19,410 nt of DNA from Ginkgo biloba (lineage: Eukaryota; Plantae; Ginkgophyta), in NCBI GenBank assembly GCA_024626585.2, contig JANKJI020000002.1, forward strand, positions 175,356,252 through 175,375,661. The letters are read 5' to 3'. Every line of letters begins with the position of its first letter. Positions within the stretch are counted from its first letter, which is position 1. The notes beneath the pieces were generated by a model, which was given only the letters and a program-made list of their open reading frames with translations, was not told the origin of the DNA and ran no database searches. The position numbers and the translations under genes are program-made. Below are positions 1 through 11,150 of this stretch, piece by piece.

Positions 1-2243
1 TATTCTTAAGAACAATTACTCTTCTTTCCCTATATCTACAAGTGAAGTGATCCAATCATTTTTAGATGTTGTTTATAGCAACCTTATATAACATAAATAT
101 CAATCCTTAGTCTACATATAATTTGCCTCATCATGTGATAAGCCATTATAATCATGTGCAATGTATCAATAATTTAAGATTATCGAAAATTGTGAAGAGG
201 CACATGAATTGAGGCCATAAATATATAGAAAGTAAACTATGATATAAGTTTCTAGTTGAATAAATATAATAGCATACAAGTCAAAATGAAACTAAGGAGT
301 TAAGTGACTCTATGAAAATAAAGTAGAGTAAGCTAATCAATGGCAAGTATTGTGTTTAAATTCCTTGAATTTATTTTTTTTAAATAATCTCATGAAAATT
401 ATTGTTGTAGTTTTATCTTTCATAGGTTTAATTATTGCAAATCTATATACATATTTAGATATGAACTATTAAATGGAAACCCCTTCTTTAATGCTAGGTA
501 TATTATAATAAAATCATTTATACACATATCACCATTAGCATCTAATGCTTCATGCTAATGATGTTAATCATCCATTTAATTTGAAAATAGTGCCATTATA
601 AGAAAAGGACTTCCATCTTCATTTGTAGACTAGTTCCTTNNNNNNNNNNNNNNNNNNNNNNNNNNNNNNNNNNNNNNNNNNNNTAGAAAACTACTTGGTA
701 TGATTTGTTCATTTGTAAATGTGATTAAAGAATTATTTCATGACATCTAAATGTGAATGTAAGTTTAGTTTTGAGTAGTTATATGACCTACATTATAACT
801 TTAACATGTCCTCATAAATCACTGCCACATGGAAAGGTCTCACTAAAATCTATTGGTATATTTATAAAATATGTCAACAAAGATTTTTTTCTAAATGATC
901 ATTAAGGGAAACAACTATAGTAAGTATATCAAGTTTTTTACATTTGAAAATTACAATGGTAATGCATCTTAATAATAAAATTTCCCATTTTTACCTTCAA
1001 TATTGTGCATAATGTCACACGCTATATTCTCTATACTATACTTGGATAATAAGTCTCAATTTCTTAGTTGCATTATTTTGAACAAAATGATAATTTATAA
1101 GTTTCATCAATTTTCATCTAATTTTCATCAATTTCTTCCAATGATGTGAACATTATAATACAAACTCGTGGCTATTATTTATACTTTCAATTTTAAAGTT
1201 GAGTTTAAATCCATTTTTCATAATTGATTATTACATCAAAGTTAATCATNNNNNNNNNNNNNNNNNNNTCATGTAATTTAATGACATCACTCTTAAGTAA
1301 CTAATTGATTTATGGTTTAATCGTGAATGGGAACCACATAAACCATTGAAATAAGAATGGAGGCTTTGCTCAAATTTTCCCTTGATTTCCTAAAATATGA
1401 TAAGCCATTGCCTATATACAAAAATTTATAAATTCTAAGGTAGAGACCAAATAATATCTCTCAGAAAGAGTCAGAGGAAAAAGAAGAAGTAGGTGTAAAG
1501 ACAAAAAAAATCTTTAGGTAGAGGAAGATGCAAATGTGAGGTGGAGATGAAAGTATAAATGAATCAAAATGGAAAGGGGTTGAAAATTAGGTAGTGGATG
1601 TGTTTTTAGCTCTAAAGAAAGATATGGATGAAGACTTTGTGGTGCTTCATGCTCCTTTGGAGGTTGATGCCATGGTATGGGAATAAGTAAATGTGAATGG
1701 AATTTAATAGCCATGGAGATGAAGATTTAGATTGGCAATGCCCATTGATGGTGGAAAAGATAAAGAGATCTATATAGTTTAAGGATGATCTTCATTTATA
1801 TAGTTTATAATTCATTTCATTTCAAATTTAATATTTCTAACTCAACATTCTAACACCCACTTCAATGCAATTATTAGTGATCTAATATGATTTAATTTAA
1901 GTGTAAAATTAAAAATATTAGGAATGGATGGATGTACACTTCCAATTTTTTTAGACTTATAATATATATAATTATGTGTGAGAGTGAGAGTTTCTCTAAG
2001 ATCATTTTTATTATATAAANNNNNNNNNNNNNNNNNNNNNNNNNNNNNNNNNNNNAAATAATCCACTATATGTACATAAAATATTTAAAGTATTGATGAG
2101 CATGTGTTTTAAAATTTAAATGATATAATAAACATGAAATTCAAGAATATGATCTTGGCATTGTAGTCTGCCTCTTCTTTGAAGATAAAGCTTAACATTA
2201 GAGAAAATAAGATACATTATAAAATGTTAAATGGATTTACAAT

Positions 2244-3030
2244 GATATATGGCTAAAGAGAAAATATATGCACCTTCTTTCATATTCTTTAGCTTTGTAT
2301 TTGATGTCATAAAACTAAGTAACTAGCAGGATAATTGATTCTAAAGGATGTGATCTCCGTAGTTATTAGATAATCATCTATAACAATCCTTATAATGAAA
2401 ATGAAACATTATTTTTGACATGTTAATAGTCTCAAAAGTACAGTGCATCCCAATCCCAACTATGCAACTATACTTGTTTAATTATGAAACATCATAAGTG
2501 AATGATCCTAATTATAATTGAAGGTAATTTTTCCCAACAATTTAAATCATTATATATTAACTATTTTCTTGAGATGATCCTATGGAAAGGAGTTATAATG
2601 CCTCCCTAACTATTTTTTGACACATGGCCAAAGAGGAATCATATGTAACTTCTTTCATTTTTCGAAGCTTTGTATTTGATGCCATAAAATTAATGAACTA
2701 AATAATACAAGAATCCATATAATTAATTAGTGATAGTAAGCATGGACATTCTAGTATAAATAATTATAAAATGTGTTCTCTCCTTGGATATCATATAATC
2801 ATATCCAATAATATTTATGGTGAAAATGAAACAATGTTTTCAACACATTAATAGCCTCAACGGTGCGGTGCACATAATATCCCAAATATTTACTCAATTT
2901 TTTTCTAATATGAAATATCATAAATGAGAAACCCTATTTGCAATGTAAGGTAAGTTTGTTTAGTATCTTAAATAATCATATTCTAACTATTTTATTTGGA
3001 TAATTCTATAACAAGGAAGTCTAATGACTA
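2244..3030 (+). repeat. Diverged tandem duplication, two units (~2244-2610 and ~2619-3030)
   Basis: Shared anchors: atggc.aaagag, agctttgtatttgatg.cataaaa (2291/2666), tgaaaatgaaaca (2396/2821), ttaatag.ctcaa, tatgaaa.atcataa.tga, aaggtaa.ttt, taactatttt. Confidence 0.8.
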
Positions 3031-4744
3031 ATTTTCAATGAAGTAAAAAGAATTATCATATCCATTGACCATTTTCTTATAAATTAGTTTAATTTATAAT
3101 TTATATAAATATCCTTTTCCAACCAATTATTATAGTAATTCCAATAATAGATATTGACATTATATAACAAAAATTAATAACAATTATAAAATTATCTCAT
3201 AACATATGGTACCTACAATATCAAATTTAAATGTAGGTGTTTAATAAAAATCATTTTAATATTAGCATAGTGGATACTCTTATTCCTATTAAACCAAATG
3301 GTATAATCATAAGAGAATGCCCAACATAGGGAAAACACAAATAACATAAATAAAAAACAAGAGATATAAGTTGCCACAATCTCAAAACTTATGATAGTGA
3401 TCTTGCACCAACACACTATCTAATGTGCATTAAGGTCATCCAAGAGTAAAAATTATGAACTACATAACATTATTTCATGATTGGATCATTTATGGAAGAA
3501 AAGTGGTTGATCATTAAGACTTTGTTAGAAATTTTATGGTCAACTTACTGATGAAAGGAAAGTGGCTATTAATATTTTATGAAAGAAACCTAAATAAGTC
3601 ATTGTAGATTTCTCAAATAAGTTATTTCATTTATATCTATATGAATTGCTTTAGTGTTCATTATATTAAATTGAGTTGTATAAATTTATTATTCCATTAA
3701 AGAACTAAAGACTTTTAATGCGCATGGATATGCTTTTAGAGCACATCACAAGTATCTTGAGAGTAAGGAATGGAAATTTTAAATAGATATATATTTGAGA
3801 TCTTTTTATAGTATGAAAAGATACAAAAATAATTGAATACCATGAATACTCTAACTACAANNNNNNNNNNNNNNNNNNNNNNNNNNNNNNNNNNNNNNNN
3901 NNNNNNNNNNNNNNNNNNNNNNNNNNNNNNNNNNNNNNNNNNNNNNNNNNNNNNNNNNNNNNNNNNNNNNNNNNNNNNNNNNNNNNNNNNNNNNNNNNNN
4001 NNNNNNNNNNNNNNNNNNNNNATACCTAATGCCAACACTTTTTGTGACCATTTTATCAATAGGTAGATTATATTTTATATTTTGCCTGGAGAATAGAACT
4101 ATTTGAATAAAATAATTACAATTTTGAATATTTCATAATAATATCCCTAATAAAAGGATGATTTTAATTTATTATTTTTGCTTGTTAACTTTAGCAATAT
4201 CAACACTACACTTATATTTAACTTGTACAATAATATTTAAAACCAAAATTATACTTGAGGTGCAAAGTAGCAACCAACCCTAACTTTGAAAAAATGATTA
4301 AAAATTCTATACCTCCTAAATTACATCTTAAAAAGTAAATTAAATTTCATTTGTAGTGAAAACTTCATTTTTCCCTTATTTGATAATTCAAAATATCTTT
4401 AGAGGGGGTTTACATATTTCTAATATCACATTGTATAAACCTTTAAGAGAAGTATTGATTATGCACTTATAAAAGAGAAGGTCTAAGCAAGTCACACAAA
4501 AAAAGGTCCAAAAGTACATATAAAGAGAGATATTTAAGTACTCATAACACATCATTAATATTATCCCTCCCTGAAAAGAAAGAACTTTGGAGTGATGAGT
4601 TATATTTTCAACTATTTTTTGTAAAATTATAGCAAATAATATTAGGAAGACTTTATATTCCTATGTATATTATCTTAGTAACTTTGTGTCCTTGTTTGAA
4701 AATAGTCATTTATATAGTAAAGATTTTAATTTTATTCGAAAAAA

Positions 4745-5100
4745 AATTAGATTCAGTACAACTTTTTGTTCTCACATCCATAGTTATTTGGATGGAAGTT
4801 TAATTACCATTCAAAAAAATGGAAACTAGTAATTGTCTTAGTCAAGGGTTTATACTACTAGTTCAACTTTATGTTATGACAAAGTTGTAATTTAGATGGT
4901 AGAGTAATTAATATTTAGCAAAATCAAAATCAATAATTTCCATAGTTATAAGTTTCATTTAGTTCAATATTTTCAATATTTAGTGCAACTTTTTATTCTT
5001 ACATTTATAGTCATTTAGATGGTAATGTAGTTATCATTCAACAAATTAGATAACATTCTAAATTTGTTGGCAAAATTTATTTATTTAAGTTTATTCTCCA
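4745..5100 (+). repeat. Degenerate tandem array of about three 105-120 bp units
   Basis: The motif (t/c)agt.caacttt.t.tt...aca...tt(a/g)gatgg.a....t.att recurs at about 4754, 4859 and 4980. Confidence 0.6.
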
Positions 5101-6429
5101 TACATATTAATTGTAAGAATTAACTAAGATGGATTTTTTTATTAAAAGACTAATAACATTTTATAAGAATGAATTTTCAATCATAAGACTAGATTTATTT
5201 AAAGGGTTTGGAGATATCAAGAAGAGGTAAGAAAATATTTCATTCATTCATATTTTAAGGGTCTAATGGCTCTCTATATGCATTCAAAATCATCATTATC
5301 GTGTTTTGGTTTTCTAATATTATTCTATCTAAACTTCCCTTTATTTTGAATTAACAATATAATGACTATATTCATATTAGAACACATCAAAGCATGCAAA
5401 AAGTTCCCATGTGAAGGAACAAAATATATCGCTTGCATTATAGACCCTTATAATCAATTTCCTTACATTTTAGACAAAAATAGTAGGAAATCAACTAATA
5501 CCCCACTTCTCTACATATAATTTTGAAAATTATTTAATCTTTTTAGTAATTGATCTCTAAATAATGAATTATATTCGAATTTACTACAACTTATATATGC
5601 TTATGTCAAAGTAATTTTCTTATATCTTTGAACTTTAGGATCATGGGTGAAAAATGAGTAAACAAAGAATCACACCACAACACNNNNNNNNNNNNNNNNN
5701 NNNNNNNNNNNNNNNNNNNNNNNNNNNNNNNNNNNNNNNNNNNNNNNNNNNNNNNNNNNNNNNNNNNNNNNNNNNNNNNNNNNTAGTTTATAGACATCAA
5801 TGTTGTATTCCTATACAAAATACCATAGTATATCTTCATTGGATGAGTATTTGCAATGTATATAATAACTCACATCTAAAAATTCTTTATAGGGTGATCA
5901 TTTTTGCATCAAATGGTTGTAGTTAAATATCTTTGTATGGTCTAGTATGAAAAATATGTATTACTTAGACTTCAATGGTAAGTGATCATCATTGTTAGTT
6001 ATAAACATCTTATTTTATGATCNNNNNNNNNNACTAATGTGAGGGAATTACAAGTGAGTCATTGGTATTAAAGATAAAAAAATTATACTAAGAACATTAA
6101 AAAATGATGAAAAATAAGAAATAAATGGTGCACAACATACCATGAAAAGGAAAAGGTTTAAATGGCTAGATTTAATAAATAAAATAATAATTTATATGAT
6201 TATTAAAATCATATGATATGTTTATTACTCTCAATCATCACCTTTAGTTAAGTAAAACACAAACACAATAGTATATATGATTCCTAAAAAGACGAAAAAA
6301 TCAATCAAATCTAACATTACACAACCGTCTAAAATACAAGCAAATCAAATCCTTGATATAGCTTATTTTTAACAAATTACAAATCCTACAAGCATAGACT
6401 ACCTCAATTCCATAGAAAATATAGAAAAC

Positions 6430-6864
6430 AACTTAGGAAGGTATGTATTAGAAAGAATATTGTCTTATCCATATAAACCTAGTGATTACTTATTTGATAC
6501 AATATTATATTTGCTAAATAATTAATACTCATGAATTAAATTACAACAAAATCTAGTATTTACATCTAAGGAGAATCTACGATTNNNNNNNNNNNNNNNN
6601 NNNNNNNNNNNNNNNNNNNNNNNNNNNNNNNNNNNNNNNNNNNNNNNNNNNNNNNNNNNNNNNNNNNNNNNATATCCATCTTCTAGAGGTGGCATGTGGG
6701 GTGATTTCTTCTATATAAAATGGTTGATTGTACATAAAAAATAAGATCTTATCATATGGTCATTAACATCATAATAGAAAATTAGATGTACAATATTTGG
6801 TGCATCAAATTAAACAAAAATATATATTCTTTACTCTAACCTATCTTACATTGATGGTCACTTT
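6430..6864 (+). pseudogene. Decayed OTU-like cysteine protease domain, copy 1
   Basis: Translates as LGRYVLERILSYPYKPSDYLFDTILYLLN..[gap]..YPSSRGGMWGDFFYIKWL...IIWSL...IYILYSNLSYIDGHF with several stops. Motif order matches the OTU Cys-box, WG-box and His-box. Confidence 0.55.
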
Positions 6865-7097
6865 TTATTCCATTAGGTAATGAACTTAGTCCAAACCTCT
6901 TTCATATACAGAAGTTTCAACCAAGTTGTCTAAGAGNNNNNNNNNNNNNNNNNNNNNNNNNNNNNNNNNNNNNNNNNNNNNNNNNNNNNNNNNNNNNNNN
7001 NNNNNNNNNNNNNNNNNNNNNNNNNNNNNNNNNNNNNNNNNNNNNNNNNNNNNATAATATAGAAGACATAGATAAGACTTTGGAAATGCATTGCATA

Positions 7098-7536
7098 CAT
7101 TCTTTAAAATGAATAATATCTTATCTATATGGTGTCAAAGACTATATATTTGAAAATATCATTTCATATACTCTAAAATATGAATAATCATCAAATGAGC
7201 TTCAAAATATAGTAGTCCATACATTGAAATAACAATTATACTTAAATATAAGACATAATCTAATGTAAGGAGAATGAGATGCATTACATACATTTATTTC
7301 ATAATCTAAATGAATATGTTTATATAATAATGCATCCATCATTTGAAGGTGGATTGGAGGGAGACATCTTCATTGTCAAATAGTTTGCAGAATACCTAGA
7401 GAAAAGTATTAATGTTTGGTCTTTACAACTACAATCAATAATTATAAAAGAAATGCCCATTAAAGTGTTTATAATGTATAAATATATACTTCACTTAGAT
7501 ATATCATTCAGTAATGGACATTTTGAACCAATTGTT
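7098..7536 (+). pseudogene. Decayed OTU-like cysteine protease domain, copy 2
   Basis: HSLK*IISYLYGVKDYIFENIISYTLKYE*SSNELQNIVV...NLNEYVYIIMHPSFEGGLEGDIFIVK*FAEYLEKSINVWSL...ILHLDISFSNGHFEPIV (GHFEP at 7516-7530), with stops and a frameshift. Confidence 0.6.
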
Positions 7537-8581
7537 TCATCAAGAATAAAAGTATAAAACCCTTTGAAAATAATAATAAAATAAATGCATCATGCCATGA
7601 TGTTTAGAGAAAAAATAATTGTGTGAGAAAATCTCATTTATAGAGTCCAAAAGAAAAGAAATGAGAATATGTATTAACTTATGCTTCTCTAACATCAAAT
7701 GAAATTTTAAACAAACTAGTGATAGAAAATTTCTCACACATAATGGCTAAATAATTAAAGTCATCTATCCCACAGACTCTCAAATACAAAATTAAATCTA
7801 ATAAAGAAGATAAAATATATTATGTGCAGATAAATAATGTGCCAAACTAATAATGTGAGATATTCCACTGCATGTTCTGTAATAAAAATACTATTATTTT
7901 ACTAAAAAGAAATGATAACTATTCATTGAAACTAATCTACAGATTAATAAATCAAATCAAATAATAAATTATGTGATAAATAATTATCATGGTGAAAATA
8001 TTCTCACAATTAGAAGAATGATTAGTCTCATCATGAATAACATTTGCATAAAGTCGCTCACTTGGTTACAAACAAACCCAATATGTAGTAAAAGGAAAAA
8101 TCATAAATGAGTCAAAAAATCTATCAAATGTACAAAATACCATTACCGATGTTATAGATGATAAAATCAGTCTCATAATTACTATTTTAAATGTATTACA
8201 TTATGTGAATATACATATTAGTGTAAATGTGTGCCCTTATAAAACTATGACATCTTTNNNNNNNNNNNNNNNNNNNNNNNNNNNNNNNNNNNNNNNNNNN
8301 NNNNNNNNNNNNNNNNNNNNNNNNNNNNNNNNNNNNNNNNNNNNNNNNNNNNNNNNNGAATTGTGGATTAGAGTTGTGGATTCTTTATATGATTGGTAGC
8401 ATTGAGTTTATATGCTACAATAAGGTTCCTTAAAAGATTAAAAAAAAAAAATCAAATCCAATATTACACAACCATCCAAAATAGGAGCAAATCAAACTTA
8501 ACAATTCGTGTAACTAATTTTTGATAAAGTACAAATTCTACAAGTATAGAATACATCAATCTCATAAAAAATATAGATAAA

Positions 8582-8977
8582 ATATTAGGAAGACATGGAC
8601 TAAAAAGAGTATCGCCTTATTCATATAAACATGTTGATTACTTATTTAATATGATATCATATTTGTTGAATTATTAATTTTTACTAATTAAATTATAATG
8701 AAATTTGGTTTCCACATTCAAGGAGAAACTACAATTAAATAAGAATGAAACCTATTCTAAATATGCTAACTTGCATCATGCACAATCATTTTACCTACAT
8801 AAAATTATTAATTTTAATGAATATTTGAAAAGACTAATGTGGCCATCATTTAAAGATGCCCTATGGGAAGATTTCTTCTATATAAAATGGTTGGTTGAAT
8901 ATCTAAAACAAGTTATTAGCATATGGTGATTAACATTGTAATCAAAATATGGATGCACATAAATTGGTATGTCAAAT
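8582..8977 (+). pseudogene. Decayed OTU-like cysteine protease domain, copy 3 (duplicate of copy 1; includes ORF 8705..8929)
   Basis: Single frame: ILGRHGLKRVSPYSYKHVDYLFNMISYLLNY*FLLIKL**NLVSTFKEKLQ...NFNEYLKRLMWPSFKDALWEDFFYIKWLVEYLKQVISIW*. The His-box would fall in the 8978-9080 gap. Confidence 0.55.
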
Positions 8978-9256
8978 NNNNNNNNNNNNNNNNNNNNNNN
9001 NNNNNNNNNNNNNNNNNNNNNNNNNNNNNNNNNNNNNNNNNNNNNNNNNNNNNNNNNNNNNNNNNNNNNNNNNNNNNNNNGTCTCAACTAGGTCATTTGA
9101 TAGAAGTATGATATGAATATCCTTATAGAAATTCCAAGCCTAGAACTTTAAGTGCCTACACTAAATCTAAGTTCGATAAAATAGTCTACTATAGGAAATT
9201 ATTATATAGAAAAACCAACAACTAATATAGAAAACATGGACAAGACTTTATAAATG

Positions 9257-9708
9257 TATTCTTTAAAATAAATAGCATCTTATCCATATAGTATTGGACA
9301 TTATCTATTTGATACCATCTTATATCTTTTAAAATATCAATGCTCACCAAATGAGCTTCAAAAGATAGTACTCTATATATTCAATAAACAATTATGTTTA
9401 AGTAACAAAGAAATAATCTCATATAAGGAGACTAAGATACATCCCTATATTTACTTGACCTTTATAAAATTCATAATCCAAAAGAATACCTTGATATAAT
9501 TATACATCTAACATATAAAGGTGGATTATGCGGACACCTCTTCTATGCCACTTAGTTGGTAGAAAAACTACAATAACATATTAATGTATGGTATTTATAC
9601 TTGCAATTGGTAATTGGAAAAGCAACACCCACTAAAGTGTCTATAATATACATAAATACACTTCACTTAGGTACACCATTAAATAATATCCATTTCAAAC
9701 CAATTATT
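9257..9708 (+). pseudogene. Decayed OTU-like cysteine protease domain, copy 4 (duplicate of copy 2)
   Basis: YSLK*IASYPYSIGHYLFDTILYLLKYQCSPNELQKIV...(frameshift)...HNPKEYLDIIIHLTYKGGLCGHLFYAT*LVEKLQ*HINVWYL...TLHLGTPLNNIHFKPII. Confidence 0.55.
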
Positions 9709-10769
9709 TCATCAACAATAATAGCATTGAACCCTTAAATAATAAAAGAAATGTGTCAGTCTATGATATGTAGAGTAAACAAAAGTGTATGAAAAAATAC
9801 CATTCATGTAGCTTAATAGAAAAACACACAATACATGAATATATCTCAACTCATGCGCTTTGATAATGGAAAAAATTACTAACAAATAAGTGATTGAAAA
9901 ATTCCCCACATACATTAGGCAGCTAATTGAAATTATATATCACATAGAATCTCAAATACTGATGTGNNNNNNNNNNNNNNNNNNNNNNNNNNNNNNNNNN
10001 NNNNNNNNNNNNNNNNNNNNNNNNNNNNNNNNNNNNNNNNNNNNNNNNNNNNNNNNNNNNNNNNNNGAATATGATGATACATCTAAAGATATGAATATTG
10101 GAGAGGTTAGCTCCTAAAATTAAGCTCCAAATGACAATTCATACCCTCTTGCTCCTTTGTTACATGCAATCACTATTATTAGCTCTTATTATTTATCACA
10201 TGATGCATAATATCTTCGAAGTGCCGTGGGATTTAACCAATCAATCTAGTTTTATTTTTATAAGTTTTTAAATATACAAATTGACACATTAATTGTAGTT
10301 CTTTGTCCTCGGAGCTACCTTTTCATTGATGTGTCTTGCTTATCCCATTAATAATATCAATTTTAAAATTTTAAAAAATAATAATTGTCCTTATGAGTGT
10401 TATATCATTACTTTTGTAATGCTTTTCTAAATTGTAGTGGTTGAAATTTTGCCAAATTGGGGAATAAAACCTTATATTTTGTGGAAAGTTTTACCATAAC
10501 TTCTCTTGCACTCTTTATCTCCAAGTTGTATCATTTACTATCAATCCATTTAGTACTAATAACCCATAAACGCTACACACAATGTTATACTATATAAGGG
10601 TTAGAAGTCACTAATGATTAAGATTATACTACTTTATTCATAATGAACATAAAGGATAAGACCTTGATTTCTCTAAAGGAAATTATAACAACTCCATAAT
10701 TAGTGTTGTTCTTATACACTATTTAATATACTATTTGGTCATGTATTAATATCCCTAAGGGGGTCTTAA

Positions 10770-11150
10770 GAGCATAGTCACATGAGAGGGGGCTAGTTAT
10801 TTTTTTTATGCCCCTCTAGCTTCACTTTTTTAGGAAGTTAAGTATGCATTCTGGTCACATGGTCAGTTGTGAAATTTGATTGCTTAATTTTTTCTCCCTT
10901 TATTTAGTTAAAAAGTGAAGTTTAATGAGTCACTAAATTCTCATAAATGGACACTTACAAACTTTTCTTCCTAAAATTCTTAAGCTTGTCAGAAAAAAAT
11001 CTAGCCCCCATCTTTTTGCAATAGTTCAAGGAAGCTCCTATTTTTGTGAAAAAATCTAACTAGCTACACATATTTTTTTACAATGCAAACTCTAGCTCCT
11101 CTAATTGTGAAACCAAATATTTCCTTTAGCATTCCTATGTGACTACATTC
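10770..11150. mobile_element. Tourist/PIF-Harbinger-like MITE, 381 bp
   Basis: Left end GAGCATAGTCACAT (10770-10783) versus reverse complement of the right end GAATGTAGTCACAT (11137-11150): 11/14 identical, with all mismatches transitions. Flanked by TAA on both sides (10767-10769, 11151-11153). Internal inverted repeat GGGGGCTAG (10788) / CTAGCCCCC (11001). No coding capacity. Confidence 0.65.

Larger units (their letters stand above)
6297..9960 (+). repeat. Diverged direct duplication of about 1.5 kb: ~6297-7790 and ~8448-9960 (offset about 2.15 kb)
   Basis: Collinear anchors: aatcaaatc.aa.attacacaacc (6304/8450), gatttcttctatataaaatggttg (6703/8870), caaatgagcttcaaaa (7192/9348), atacttcacttag/acacttcacttag (7486/9658), ctcaaatac (7778/9951). 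Differences look mostly like transitions. Confidence 0.85.

Noticed and set aside
1455-1790. Purine-rich stretch and the minus-strand 66-aa ORF at 1514..1714
   Set aside because: Compositional bias typical of decayed repeats, with no recognisable protein motif.
4745-5100. CRISPR-like array interpretation of the periodic motif
   Set aside because: Eukaryotic context, units degenerate along their whole length, no unique spacers and no cas genes.
10221-10250. Possible Helitron 3' end (gtgccgtggg…CTAGt)
   Set aside because: CTAG-T is present but no convincing subterminal hairpin remains.
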